Positions 40,520-51,027 of a stretch of 64,000 bases of DNA are shown piece after piece. The stretch comes from an uncultured Actinomycetes bacterium (GTDB lineage: Bacteria; Actinomycetota; Acidimicrobiia; Acidimicrobiales; RAAP-2). The position numbers were made by a program, and so were the translations under genes. Position 1 is the first letter of the stretch, and each line of letters starts with the position of its first letter. Under the pieces are notes generated by a model. It ran no database searches and had not been told where the DNA came from. It saw only the letters and a program-made list of their open reading frames with translations. The stretch spans positions 16,311 to 80,310 of the forward strand of contig CAIQEU010000020.1 in the NCBI GenBank assembly GCA_903870905.1, in the 5' to 3' direction.

Positions 40520-41455
40520 GTGCAGGTCATCACTCCACAACTGGCCACGCCACTTCTGCGGGGGAGTGCCCTCACGATCGGGGCCTACGACGGGGTTCAC
40601 CTCGGCCATCAGCACGTCTTGGCAGCGCTTCGCCACATCGCCGTTGAACAGGACCTCGAATTCGTCGTCGTGACCTTCGATCGCCATCCGCTGTCACTGC
40701 TCCGGCCAAACGATGCACCGCTGCAGTTGACGGACCTCCCCACCAAACTCGAGCTCCTCGCGGCCTGCGGTGTGCAAACCACCTGCGTGGTGCCCTTCAC
40801 TCCTGAGCGCGCCGTTGAGTCTGCGGAGCAGTTCATTGATGAACTCTTGATCAGACAACTTCGGGTGTCGACGATCATGGTGGGGGAGAACTTCCGATTC
40901 GGTCACGATCGCCGAGGTGACGTGGCGATGCTGGCAGCCGCAGGTCAAGACCATGGGTTCACCGTGACCGGAATTCCGTTGCGAGATGACGATGATGGGG
41001 TGATTTCCTCGACCCGCATTCGTGGCCTCGTGGCCCACGGCGACGTCGAGGGCGCGTCCCGCCTCCTCGGCCGACCCTTCTCGGTGGTGGGGACCGTTGT
41101 CCACGGCGATGGCCGTGGTGGGCCCGAGCTGGGTTTTCCCACCGCCAACCTCCACCTCGAGCAAGGCCTCGCTCAGCCAGGTGACGGGATTTACGCGGCC
41201 TGGGCGTACCTCGCCGATGGCAGCAGCGCGATGGCGGCGGTGTCCATTGGACGCCGCCCAACCTTCTACGAGGATGCTGCGCCGCTCATTGAGGCGCACC
41301 TGCTCGACTTCGCCGGTGACCTCTACGGTCTGGAGTTGAAGCTCTCCTTCGTTGCCCGTCTCCGAGGGGAAGAACGCTACGACACGATCGACGCGCTGAT
41401 TGAGCAGATCGCTCGTGACGTTCACAACACGAGAATTGCCCTCGAGAAGTCCTGA
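40520..41455 (+). CDS. ribF: Bifunctional riboflavin kinase / FMN adenylyltransferase
   Basis: IGAYDGVHLGHQHV and a C-terminal riboflavin kinase domain (GFPTANL, YGLELKLSFV). Confidence 0.92.
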   Translation: MQVITPQLATPLLRGSALTIGAYDGVHLGHQHVLAALRHIAVEQDLEFVVVTFDRHPLSLLRPNDAPLQLTDLPTKLELLAACGVQTTCVVPFTPERAVESAEQFIDELLIRQLRVSTIMVGENFRFGHDRRGDVAMLAAAGQDHGFTVTGIPLRDDDDGVISSTRIRGLVAHGDVEGASRLLGRPFSVVGTVVHGDGRGGPELGFPTANLHLEQGLAQPGDGIYAAWAYLADGSSAMAAVSIGRRPTFYEDAAPLIEAHLLDFAGDLYGLELKLSFVARLRGEERYDTIDALIEQIARDVHNTRIALEKS

Positions 41456-41566
41456 GGCGACACTTCGTCGGTGTTCGGTGCTACCATTGAACAGTCGGAA
41501 CCACCGATGAGCGGCCGGCCCACGAGGGCTGTTGCCGAATCGCTGCTACCAGAGGTCGCCTGTTTC

Positions 41567-41836
41567 ATGTCTGCAACGTCCGAAGCCAAGCCCGCCATCA
41601 TCGAGAAGCACAGAAAGCACGAGTCCGACACCGGCTCGTCTGAAGTGCAGATCGCGCTGTTGAGCGACCGCATCACGCGTCTCACTGAGCACCTTCGGGC
41701 TCACAAGCACGACCACCACACTCGCCGCGGACTCATGAAGATCATTGGCAAGCGCCGTCGCCTCCTCGACTACGTCAAGGACAACGACGTCGAGCGCTAC
41801 CGCACGATCATCGCTGAGCTCGGCATTCGGCGCTAG
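41567..41836 (+). CDS. rpsO: 30S ribosomal protein S15
   Basis: [40 protein letters not shown] lies upstream of ATG 41567. Confidence 0.95.
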   Translation: MSATSEAKPAIIEKHRKHESDTGSSEVQIALLSDRITRLTEHLRAHKHDHHTRRGLMKIIGKRRRLLDYVKDNDVERYRTIIAELGIRR

Positions 41837-41846
41837 GCCGAGATCA

Positions 41847-41866
41847 CCCTGCCATTCGTGGCGGGG
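41847..41866 (+). terminator. Stable UUCG-tetraloop hairpin just after rpsO (terminator/attenuator candidate)
   Basis: CCCTGCCA-TTCG-TGGCGGGG, an 8-bp stem with one G-U, 10 nt after the rpsO stop. There is no U-tract. Confidence 0.5.
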
Positions 41867-41898
41867 AACAACACGGCATCGACGAGGATCGGCTGCCA

Positions 41899-41931
41899 GT
41901 CGCCGATCACCTCGACCGCGAGGTGGCCGAC
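41899..41931 (+). promoter_or_regulatory. Stem-loop in the pnp leader (candidate RNase III / autoregulation hairpin)
   Basis: GTCG[CCGAT]CACCTCG-ACCG-CGAGGTG[GC]CGAC, 45 nt upstream of the pnp ATG. Confidence 0.45.
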
Positions 41932-41976
41932 TACTGGGAACCGACAGGTCGTTGCCTCCAACAGAGAGGAAACACC

Positions 41977-44406
<2,430 letters not shown>

Positions 44407-44412
44407 ACCGCC

Positions 44413-45702
44413 TTGGCGACGTCACTGGAAGTTCTGACGCTCGCCAACGGTTGTTCCGTCGTCGCGCAGCCGCTGGCTGTCGCCTCGGTCGCCATTGGAT
44501 TCTTCGTCAACGTTGGATCCCGTGATGAACCCGAGGCGATGGCCGGCGCTTCGCATTTCTTGGAGCACTTGCTGTTCAAGGGGACGCCGGCGCGCTCGGC
44601 TGCCTCGATCGCTGAGGACTTCGATGCGGTCGGTGGCGATTGCAACGCCTTCACGACGAAGGAGTACACCGCCTTCTACGCACGCCTCCTGGCCGATGAT
44701 GCGCCGATGGCGCTCCAGATCTTGGGCGACATCGTGACAGAACCTGCGCTTCGCCCAGAAGACGTCGACGCTGAGCGCCTGGTGATCGCCGAAGAATTGG
44801 CCATGCACGGCGATGAGCCCTCCGATGCCGCAGCCGAGTTGTCGTCGCAACTGCTCTTCCCTGGTTCTGGTCTCGGGCGCGACACGCTCGGCACCAAGGC
44901 GACCATTGGATCGCTCAGCGCACCAGACATCCGCCGGTTCTTTGAGGAGAACTACGGCACGGAGAACATGGTGGTCGCTATCGCCGGTGGGGGAGACCAT
45001 GGACCGCTCCTCGAGCAGTTGGCAGCCCTGCCGATCACTCGGCACGCTCCACGACCCCTCCGTCCGGCTCCGGTCGCCCCAAACGAGCGGGTGGCGACTC
45101 GCCGAATGCCGACCGAGCAACTGCACCTGAGCCTCGGTTGGCGCTCCATCGGGCGGGCACACCCACTCCGGAGCGCGGCCGCGCTCTACGCACACCTCCT
45201 CGGAGGGGGACTCTCGTCGCGCCTGTTCCAACGGGTCCGAGAGCGGGAGGGGTTGGCGTACTCGGTGTGGGCGGAACGAGAGGTCTACGACGGCGCGGGC
45301 GCTCTCAGCATCGGTGCAGGGACGAGTCCGGAGAATGCCGATCGCCTCGTGGCGATCTGCCTTGAGGAGATCCAGGAACTGGCGCTCCACGGTCCAACGG
45401 CTCGGGAACTCGACGTGGCGAAGGGGAATCTTCGAGCAGAACTGCTGCTCAGTGTGGAGGACTCTGGGTCGGTCATGAGCTTCTGCGCCACCGAACTGCT
45501 CCGCCATGGAACGGTGCGTTCGGTCGTCGATATCGTCGACGAGGTGATGGCGGTCGCCCACGATGACGTCACGGCGTATGCCCAACACCTCGCAGCAACG
45601 GCACCGACGCTGGCGGCGGTTGGTCCACGGCTGCCTGCGTCGGTGGCGAAGCGGATCGAGGCGTACGGCGTCGGGCATGACCCCATCCAGGTGGACCGGT
45701 AG
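44413..45702 (+). CDS. M16-family (pitrilysin-like) zinc peptidase
   Basis: Inverted zinc motif HFLEH (HxxEH). Sits after pnp, as does mycobacterial pepR. The TTG start is uncertain. Confidence 0.85.
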   Translation: MATSLEVLTLANGCSVVAQPLAVASVAIGFFVNVGSRDEPEAMAGASHFLEHLLFKGTPARSAASIAEDFDAVGGDCNAFTTKEYTAFYARLLADDAPMALQILGDIVTEPALRPEDVDAERLVIAEELAMHGDEPSDAAAELSSQLLFPGSGLGRDTLGTKATIGSLSAPDIRRFFEENYGTENMVVAIAGGGDHGPLLEQLAALPITRHAPRPLRPAPVAPNERVATRRMPTEQLHLSLGWRSIGRAHPLRSAAALYAHLLGGGLSSRLFQRVREREGLAYSVWAEREVYDGAGALSIGAGTSPENADRLVAICLEEIQELALHGPTARELDVAKGNLRAELLLSVEDSGSVMSFCATELLRHGTVRSVVDIVDEVMAVAHDDVTAYAQHLAATAPTLAAVGPRLPASVAKRIEAYGVGHDPIQVDR

Positions 45703-45711
45703 GATTCGCTC

Positions 45712-46491
45712 GTGCGCACCGTCGTCGTCGTTGGAGCAGGGGGACGCCTCGGGCGTGAACTCGCCGAAGCGATCGCCGCGTCGCCCACCTGTGAACTCGT
45801 CGGTGCGGTCGACACCTCTGCCACCGGATCAATTGGTGGCTGTGCCCTCGTCCCCACATTGCGCGACGTCTCCACCGCTGCAGATGTGGTCCTCATCACG
45901 ACGACGCCAGAGGCCGTCATCACTGTCGCTTGTGAGGCACTCGACCGGGGGAGCGACGTCGTCATTGGCACCTCCGGGGTGAGCGATGCCACGCGACACC
46001 TCCTCCATGACCGAGCGATCGAGCGAGGCCGTTCGGTGCTCGTCGTGCCGAACTTCGCTCTCGGCGCCGTGCTCCTCCTCCGGTTCGCAGCGATGGCCGC
46101 CAAGTTCTTCCCCTCCGTTGAAGTCATTGAACTCCACCATCCGAACAAGATCGATGCACCGAGTGGCACGGCAACCCACACCGTGGAAGTCCTCGCCGCC
46201 GCTCGTGCGACTGCGGGACTGAGTGCACCACCCGACGCAACGACGGTTGAGGCGCTTCCCGGTGCCCGAGGCGCAGTGGGTCCCGGTGGCATCCACGTGC
46301 ACGCCGTGCGGTTGATGGGCCTCGTCGCCCACGAAGAGGTGCTGTTCGGGGGGCCGGGTGAGCAGTTGACGCTCCGTCACGACTCCATGGACCGCTCTTC
46401 GTTCGTCGCTGGTGCGCTCCTCGCGGTCGGCTCCGTTGGACATGAGGTCGGACTGAGCGTCGGGCTCGACCAGTTCCTCGACAGGGCGTGA
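45712..46491 (+). CDS. dapB: 4-hydroxy-tetrahydrodipicolinate reductase
   Basis: VVVVGAGGRLG and EVIELHHPNKIDAPSGTA. Confidence 0.93.
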   Translation: MRTVVVVGAGGRLGRELAEAIAASPTCELVGAVDTSATGSIGGCALVPTLRDVSTAADVVLITTTPEAVITVACEALDRGSDVVIGTSGVSDATRHLLHDRAIERGRSVLVVPNFALGAVLLLRFAAMAAKFFPSVEVIELHHPNKIDAPSGTATHTVEVLAAARATAGLSAPPDATTVEALPGARGAVGPGGIHVHAVRLMGLVAHEEVLFGGPGEQLTLRHDSMDRSSFVAGALLAVGSVGHEVGLSVGLDQFLDRA

Positions 46492-47099
46492 TGATCGAGG
46501 ACGGAACCGTCGGGCCCCGCCGATTCTTGACGGTGCCGAACGCCGTGACGGTCGTTCGGCTCTGCCTCCTCCCGGTTTTTCTCTGGCTGCTCTTCGGTGC
46601 GCACCATCAAGTGGCGGCTGCGTGGCTGCTCGCGTTCTTGGGCGTCACCGATTTCGTCGATGGCTACGTCGCTCGACACTTCAATCAGGTCTCGGAGTTC
46701 GGCAAGATTTTGGACCCGGTGGCTGACCGGATCTTGGTCGTCACCGCAGTCGTGGCCACGACCGTTGTTGGTGCTGTGCCGTTGTGGTTCGCTGGACTGA
46801 CCCTCGTTCGAGAGATCTTGGTCTCAGCAGCGGTCGTGGGTCTGGCAGCAGTCGGGTCGGCTCGAATTGACGTGCTGTGGATCGGGAAGGCTGGTGCGTT
46901 CGCGCTCATGATCAGCTATCCCTTCTTCCTTGGGGGGTGGGGTGGTGCTTGGTGGCAACGGTGGTTCTCGGTCTTCGCGTGGATCTTCGGCGTCATTGGG
47001 TTGAGCCTCAGTTGGGCGGCGCTCGTCAGTTACATTGCCCCAGCACGTGAGGCACTTACGCGTGGACGAGCCGGTCGTCGGGAGCGATCGAACTCTTGA
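46488..47099 (+). CDS. CDP-alcohol phosphatidyltransferase family protein (PgsA-like)
   Basis: DGYVARHFNQVSEFGKILDPVADR (D-G-x2-A-R...G-x3-D-x3-D motif) with multiple TM helices. Confidence 0.85.
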   Translation: MMIEDGTVGPRRFLTVPNAVTVVRLCLLPVFLWLLFGAHHQVAAAWLLAFLGVTDFVDGYVARHFNQVSEFGKILDPVADRILVVTAVVATTVVGAVPLWFAGLTLVREILVSAAVVGLAAVGSARIDVLWIGKAGAFALMISYPFFLGGWGGAWWQRWFSVFAWIFGVIGLSLSWAALVSYIAPAREALTRGRAGRRERSNS

Positions 47100-47116
47100 C
47101 GAATCCAATCCTCCGC

Positions 47117-47122
47117 TAGCGT
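47117..47122 (+). promoter_or_regulatory. Candidate -10 box (TAGCGT) for a leaderless gcvH mRNA
   Basis: TANNNT-N7-ATG(47130). Confidence 0.35.
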
Positions 47123-47129
47123 GGTCGGC

Positions 47130-47507
47130 ATGGAAACTCCAGAGAACCTCCGATACTCCAGCGACCACGAATGGGCAGCTCGCACGGGAACGACCGTGCG
47201 CATCGGCATCACCGACTACGCCCAGGACGCCCTTGGCGACGTGGTCTACGTCGAGGCTCCTGCGGTTGGATCAACGGTGAGCGTTGGTGCTGCCATTGGC
47301 GAAGTGGAGTCCACGAAGTCGGTCTCGGAGATCTACGCCCCCGTTGCGGGCACGGTCATCGCTGTGAACGAAGCCTTAGCGGATCACCCAGAGCTCGTGA
47401 ACGCTGACCCCTACGGTGAGGGTTGGCTCTGTGAAGTTGCGGTTGAGGGTGAGGGTGGCTTCGATGCGCTGCTCGACGCAGAGGCGTACCGAGCGCTCAC
47501 TGACTGA
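47130..47507 (+). CDS. gcvH: Glycine cleavage system H protein
   Basis: Lipoyl-lysine motif GEVESTKSVSEIYAPV. GTG 47121 is an alternative start. Confidence 0.94.
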   Translation: METPENLRYSSDHEWAARTGTTVRIGITDYAQDALGDVVYVEAPAVGSTVSVGAAIGEVESTKSVSEIYAPVAGTVIAVNEALADHPELVNADPYGEGWLCEVAVEGEGGFDALLDAEAYRALTD

Positions 47508-47544
47508 GCGCGAAGTGACAGGAGAAGCAGAATCGATCCTCGGC

Positions 47545-47550
47545 TAGGTT
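47545..47550 (+). promoter_or_regulatory. Candidate -10 box (TAGGTT) for a leaderless FHA-protein mRNA
   Basis: TANNNT-N7-GTG(47558). ATG 47552 is only 1 nt from the hexamer. Confidence 0.35.
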
Positions 47551-47557
47551 GATGGCC

Positions 47558-48031
47558 GTGTTCTGTCATCGCTGTGGCCACCGCAATCCGTCTGGAGTGA
47601 ACTTCTGCTCCTTATGCGGCGACGCCATGGCGGCAGACCCGACCAACGCCACCATCAAGGTGGACGGCGTCAATCCGCACCCGGCCCGAGACGAGGATCG
47701 CAGCGCCGTCTCGCTCGACGAGGGCGCTGATGGCGATCTCCTCATCGTGAGCGAAGGGCCCAACGCGGGGACTCGCTACGAACTCGGGACGCGACCAATG
47801 TCGATTGGTCGCCGCGTCGACGCTGATCTGTTCTTCGACGACGTCACCGTTTCTCGAGCGCATGCAGAGCTCGCCCGAGACGAGCACGGCAGGGTCGTGC
47901 TGCGGGATCTCGGTTCACTGAATGGCACCTACGTCAACCGGGTGCGCGTGGACCTCGTGACCCTGGAAGCGGGAGACGAGGTGCAAATTGGAAAGTTCAA
48001 GTTGCTCTTCGTTCCGGCGAGGCAACGGTGA
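47558..48031 (+). CDS. FHA-domain protein, GarA/OdhI-like FHA core with an N-terminal zinc ribbon
   Basis: The N-terminus (V)FCHRCGHRNPSGVNFCSLCG has CxxC...CxxC. The FHA core FFDDVTVSRAHAEL...GSLNGTYVNR...GDEVQIGKFKLLF closely resembles GarA. Sits right after gcvH. Alternative starts are 47549 and 47552. Confidence 0.85.
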   Translation: MFCHRCGHRNPSGVNFCSLCGDAMAADPTNATIKVDGVNPHPARDEDRSAVSLDEGADGDLLIVSEGPNAGTRYELGTRPMSIGRRVDADLFFDDVTVSRAHAELARDEHGRVVLRDLGSLNGTYVNRVRVDLVTLEAGDEVQIGKFKLLFVPARQR

Positions 48032-48852
48032 CGGCCCGGTCCTACGTCTCGATTGGAGAGGTGCTGGCGCAACTTCGAGAAGAGTTTCCCGACGTGACGA
48101 TTTCGAAGATCAGGTTCCTCGAGTCCCAAGGGCTCGTCACGCCGCAGCGTTCGCCGTCTGGGTATCGCAAGTTCAGCGCTCGAGACGTTGAGACCTTGCA
48201 GTTCATCCTGCGGCAACAGCGTGAGCACTTCCTGCCGCTCAAGGTGATCAAGGAGCGGGTGAAGGAGCACTTCGGCGAGGTCACCCCAGCTGCTCCTGCT
48301 CCAACGAGTCCTGAGGATCGAGCGGCGCGTCTCGAACGAATGGCGTCGGTCGTCGCCGCACTCCAAGAGGGTCCCCGCGAGGCGGCCCCGGTTTTGGCAT
48401 CATTGCCGCAGGCGCAGCGAAAGGAGCCAGTGGTGAGCGACGACACCATCGATGACGTGGCCCCGACGCCGATGAACGCAGTTGGCCTCGACGACCTCCT
48501 AGAGCTATCGGGGATGTCGGAAGCAGACGTGAACCAGGCAGAAGCTTGCGGACTGCTCCGCTCTCACCGAGTGGCCGGCGAGGTGGTCTACCGTGAGGAC
48601 GCGGTGGCCACCGCCAAGGTGCTCGGCCAATTCGCCAAGTTCGGCATTGAGCCCCGCCATCTCAGGACCTACGCCAACGCGGTCGACCGAGAGATCGGGC
48701 TCGTGAGCCAGGTGATCACCGCACAGCTGCGGGCCCGAACCCCGGAATCTCGTCAGCGTGCAGCCGAACAGGCATCAGAAATGGCGAAGCTCGGGCAGTC
48801 GCTCCGGGCGGCGTTGCTCCGCCGTGCGCTCGCCGACCTCCTCGGGAACTGA
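48028..48852 (+). CDS. MerR-family transcriptional regulator (position of Rv1828/FtsR-type regulators)
   Basis: MerR HTH YVSIGEVLAQL...ISKIRFLESQGLVTPQRSPSGYRKFS and a second C-terminal helical domain. GTGA overlap with the FHA gene. Confidence 0.85.
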   Translation: MTARSYVSIGEVLAQLREEFPDVTISKIRFLESQGLVTPQRSPSGYRKFSARDVETLQFILRQQREHFLPLKVIKERVKEHFGEVTPAAPAPTSPEDRAARLERMASVVAALQEGPREAAPVLASLPQAQRKEPVVSDDTIDDVAPTPMNAVGLDDLLELSGMSEADVNQAEACGLLRSHRVAGEVVYREDAVATAKVLGQFAKFGIEPRHLRTYANAVDREIGLVSQVITAQLRARTPESRQRAAEQASEMAKLGQSLRAALLRRALADLLGN

Positions 48853-48894
48853 GCTGGCCGTTTCGCCGTCGACCGGCGCCGGTACAGTGAGGGC

Positions 48895-49392
48895 ATGGTC
48901 AGGGTGCATCTGAAGACAGTGGGTGTCGACATGGCGTCGAACTCCCCGGTCCTGCTCTTGACCGAAGATGACGGTGAGCGTGCGATCAAGATCTACATCG
49001 GCGCTCCAGAAGCCACCGCAATTGCCTACGCCGTGCAGCACGTGCCGACCGCCCGGCCGATGACCCATGATCTCTTGATCGACCTCCTCGGAGCCCTCGG
49101 CGCAAGTCTCACTCAAGTCGTTGTCACTGAAGTCGTCGAGTCCACGTTCTTCGCCGAACTCCACCTCGATCGCGACGGTGCAACCATCACCTTGAGCTCT
49201 CGGCCTTCTGATGCCATTGCGATTGCGCTGCGTGCCGACGCCCCGATCTACGTCGCCACCGAGTTGATGGACGCCGTCGGGGTGATCATGGTGGAGGCTG
49301 CGAGTGATGACGACGAGCCAGAGAATGACCTCGTCGACGCCTTCCGAGAGTTCCTCGACTCCATTGACCCTGACGATTTCCAGGCCAGCTGA
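48895..49392 (+). CDS. Bifunctional nuclease (DUF151/BFN) family protein
   Basis: VLLLTEDDGERAIKIYIGAPEATAIA...RPMTHDLL...FFAELHL...SRPSDAIAIALR with an acidic tail. Same position as Rv1829. Confidence 0.8.
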   Translation: MVRVHLKTVGVDMASNSPVLLLTEDDGERAIKIYIGAPEATAIAYAVQHVPTARPMTHDLLIDLLGALGASLTQVVVTEVVESTFFAELHLDRDGATITLSSRPSDAIAIALRADAPIYVATELMDAVGVIMVEAASDDDEPENDLVDAFREFLDSIDPDDFQAS

Positions 49393-49394
49393 CG

Positions 49395-49997
49395 GTGCGG
49401 CGCTTGGTGCTCCTCGTGGTCGTGGTCGCAGCCATCGGTGCTGCCTACGTACTCGGCACGAAGCACACCTCGAACCCTGCAACCTCGTCGTCGACGACGA
49501 GCTCATCGGTGGCAACCTCAACCTCAACCTCCACCACATCGTCAACGTCGACGTCGACGACAGCGCCCACAGCATCGTGCACCGGCGATGCGCTGACCGG
49601 CACGGCGGTTGCTGTCGGCGGGGCGACCGGAACGATTGAGCTCGATCTCGTCCTCACCAACACCGGTGCCGCCCCCTGTTCTCTGGTCGGGTATCCGAGT
49701 CTGCTCCTCAGGGCTGCTTCGGGAATGGCGCTCCCGACCGTTCGAGTCCTCGGTGGCGTGACGTTCACCGATTCGGGTGCGAACGCCGGGGTGCATACCG
49801 TGACCCTTCCCGTCGGAACCGCAGCGCGCGTCGCCATCAAGTACTCCGATGTCACGACGGGCAGTGCCTGTCCAACGGCGACGTCAGTTGAGGTGACCAT
49901 TCCCAAGGCCACGACGGCGGTCCCGATTATGGCGACCCTCGCCCCCTGTGGCGGCGGACGCCTCTACGTCTCGCCCTTCTACCTCAGCCCTCGCTGA
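49395..49997 (+). CDS. DUF4232-like secreted/anchored protein with a Ser/Thr-rich linker
   Basis: N-terminal TM/signal, a poly-S/T linker, then CTG...TNTGAAPCSLVGYPSL...C...C pattern typical of DUF4232. Confidence 0.6.
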   Translation: MRRLVLLVVVVAAIGAAYVLGTKHTSNPATSSSTTSSSVATSTSTSTTSSTSTSTTAPTASCTGDALTGTAVAVGGATGTIELDLVLTNTGAAPCSLVGYPSLLLRAASGMALPTVRVLGGVTFTDSGANAGVHTVTLPVGTAARVAIKYSDVTTGSACPTATSVEVTIPKATTAVPIMATLAPCGGGRLYVSPFYLSPR

Positions 49998-50973
49998 GAT
50001 CGACGACGGTTCTGCCGGTCACCGTTGAGGACCGCAGCGCGTCGAGCGCTGCAGGCACGCCGTCGAGCGGAACGGTGGCCGTGGTGAGCCGTGCAGCGAT
50101 ACGGGCAACTTCAGGAGTCGCCATGGCGTCCCAGATTGCTTGACGGTGCATGAGCGGCATCTCGACGGCATCGATCCCACAGAGTCGAACGCCACGGGTG
50201 ATGAAGGGGTAGACGGTGCTTGCGAGATTGGCGCCGCCGGTGAGCCCCGACGCCGCGACCGTGGCGCCGTAGGCGAGCGACCGCAGGATCGCCGCCAAGG
50301 TGGCGCCACCCACACAGTCAATAGCCCCGGCCCAGGCCGCAGTCCCAAGTACCCGTTCTGGACGATCGTCGATCTCATCGCGCCCGATAATGCGGGTGGC
50401 ACCCAGGCTTCGGAGGTAGTCGTGGCTCGACGACTTGCCGGACGACGCGACGACCTCGAAGCCGAGATCGGCGAGGAGTGCAACGGCCCAGGACCCAACC
50501 CCACCGGTCGCGCCAGTGACGAGCACTGGACCCGAGTCGGGAGTCAGTCCACCGCTCAGCAGCGCGTCGATCGAGGCGAAGGCGGTGAATCCAGCGGTGC
50601 CGATCGCCATCGCGGTCCACGCAGTCATCTCCGGGGGTCGCACCACGACCCAGTCGGCGGGAACGGCCGCCACGGTGGCGAAGCCGCCGTCGTGGCTGAC
50701 GCCGAGGCCGTAACCGTGGACGATGGCCGACGTGCCAACGGCGACGTCGGGATGGTGCGATGCGGTGACCCTTCCGGCGAGGTCCACCCCGCCAATGAGT
50801 GGATTCTTCCGAGCGACGCGGTTGCCGGGGACGGTGACCATGGCATCTTTGAAGTTGCACCCAGACCACTCGACGGCGATCACGACGTCGCCGACGAGCG
50901 ATGATGCGTCGATGGCACTGATCTCGACCACTTGGTCTCGAGTCTGGTCGATGGTGAGTGCTCGATCGGTCAC
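49984..50973 (-). CDS. MDR-family NADPH:quinone / acrylyl-CoA reductase (YhdH/AcuI-like)
   Basis: VTGATGGVGSWAV nucleotide-binding motif and YhdH-like N-terminus (EWSGCNFKDA). Its 3' end overlaps the DUF4232 gene by 14 nt (convergent). Confidence 0.85.
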   Translation of the reverse strand: MTDRALTIDQTRDQVVEISAIDASSLVGDVVIAVEWSGCNFKDAMVTVPGNRVARKNPLIGGVDLAGRVTASHHPDVAVGTSAIVHGYGLGVSHDGGFATVAAVPADWVVVRPPEMTAWTAMAIGTAGFTAFASIDALLSGGLTPDSGPVLVTGATGGVGSWAVALLADLGFEVVASSGKSSSHDYLRSLGATRIIGRDEIDDRPERVLGTAAWAGAIDCVGGATLAAILRSLAYGATVAASGLTGGANLASTVYPFITRGVRLCGIDAVEMPLMHRQAIWDAMATPEVARIAARLTTATVPLDGVPAALDALRSSTVTGRTVVDLSEG

Positions 50974-50979
50974 GGGGTC

Positions 50980-50985
50980 ATCCTA
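50980..50985 (-). promoter_or_regulatory. Candidate -10 box (TAGGAT, minus strand) for a leaderless yhdH-like mRNA
   Basis: TAGGAT-N6-GTG(50973) on the minus strand. Confidence 0.45.
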
Positions 50986-51015
50986 AGCAGGGTGCTCGGC
51001 GTGGCTGTCACTCAG

Positions 51016-51021
51016 TAGGGT
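51016..51021 (+). promoter_or_regulatory. Candidate -10 box (TAGGGT) for a leaderless S9 peptidase mRNA
   Basis: TAGGGT-N6-ATG(51028). Confidence 0.45.
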
Positions 51022-51027
51022 GGCGCA

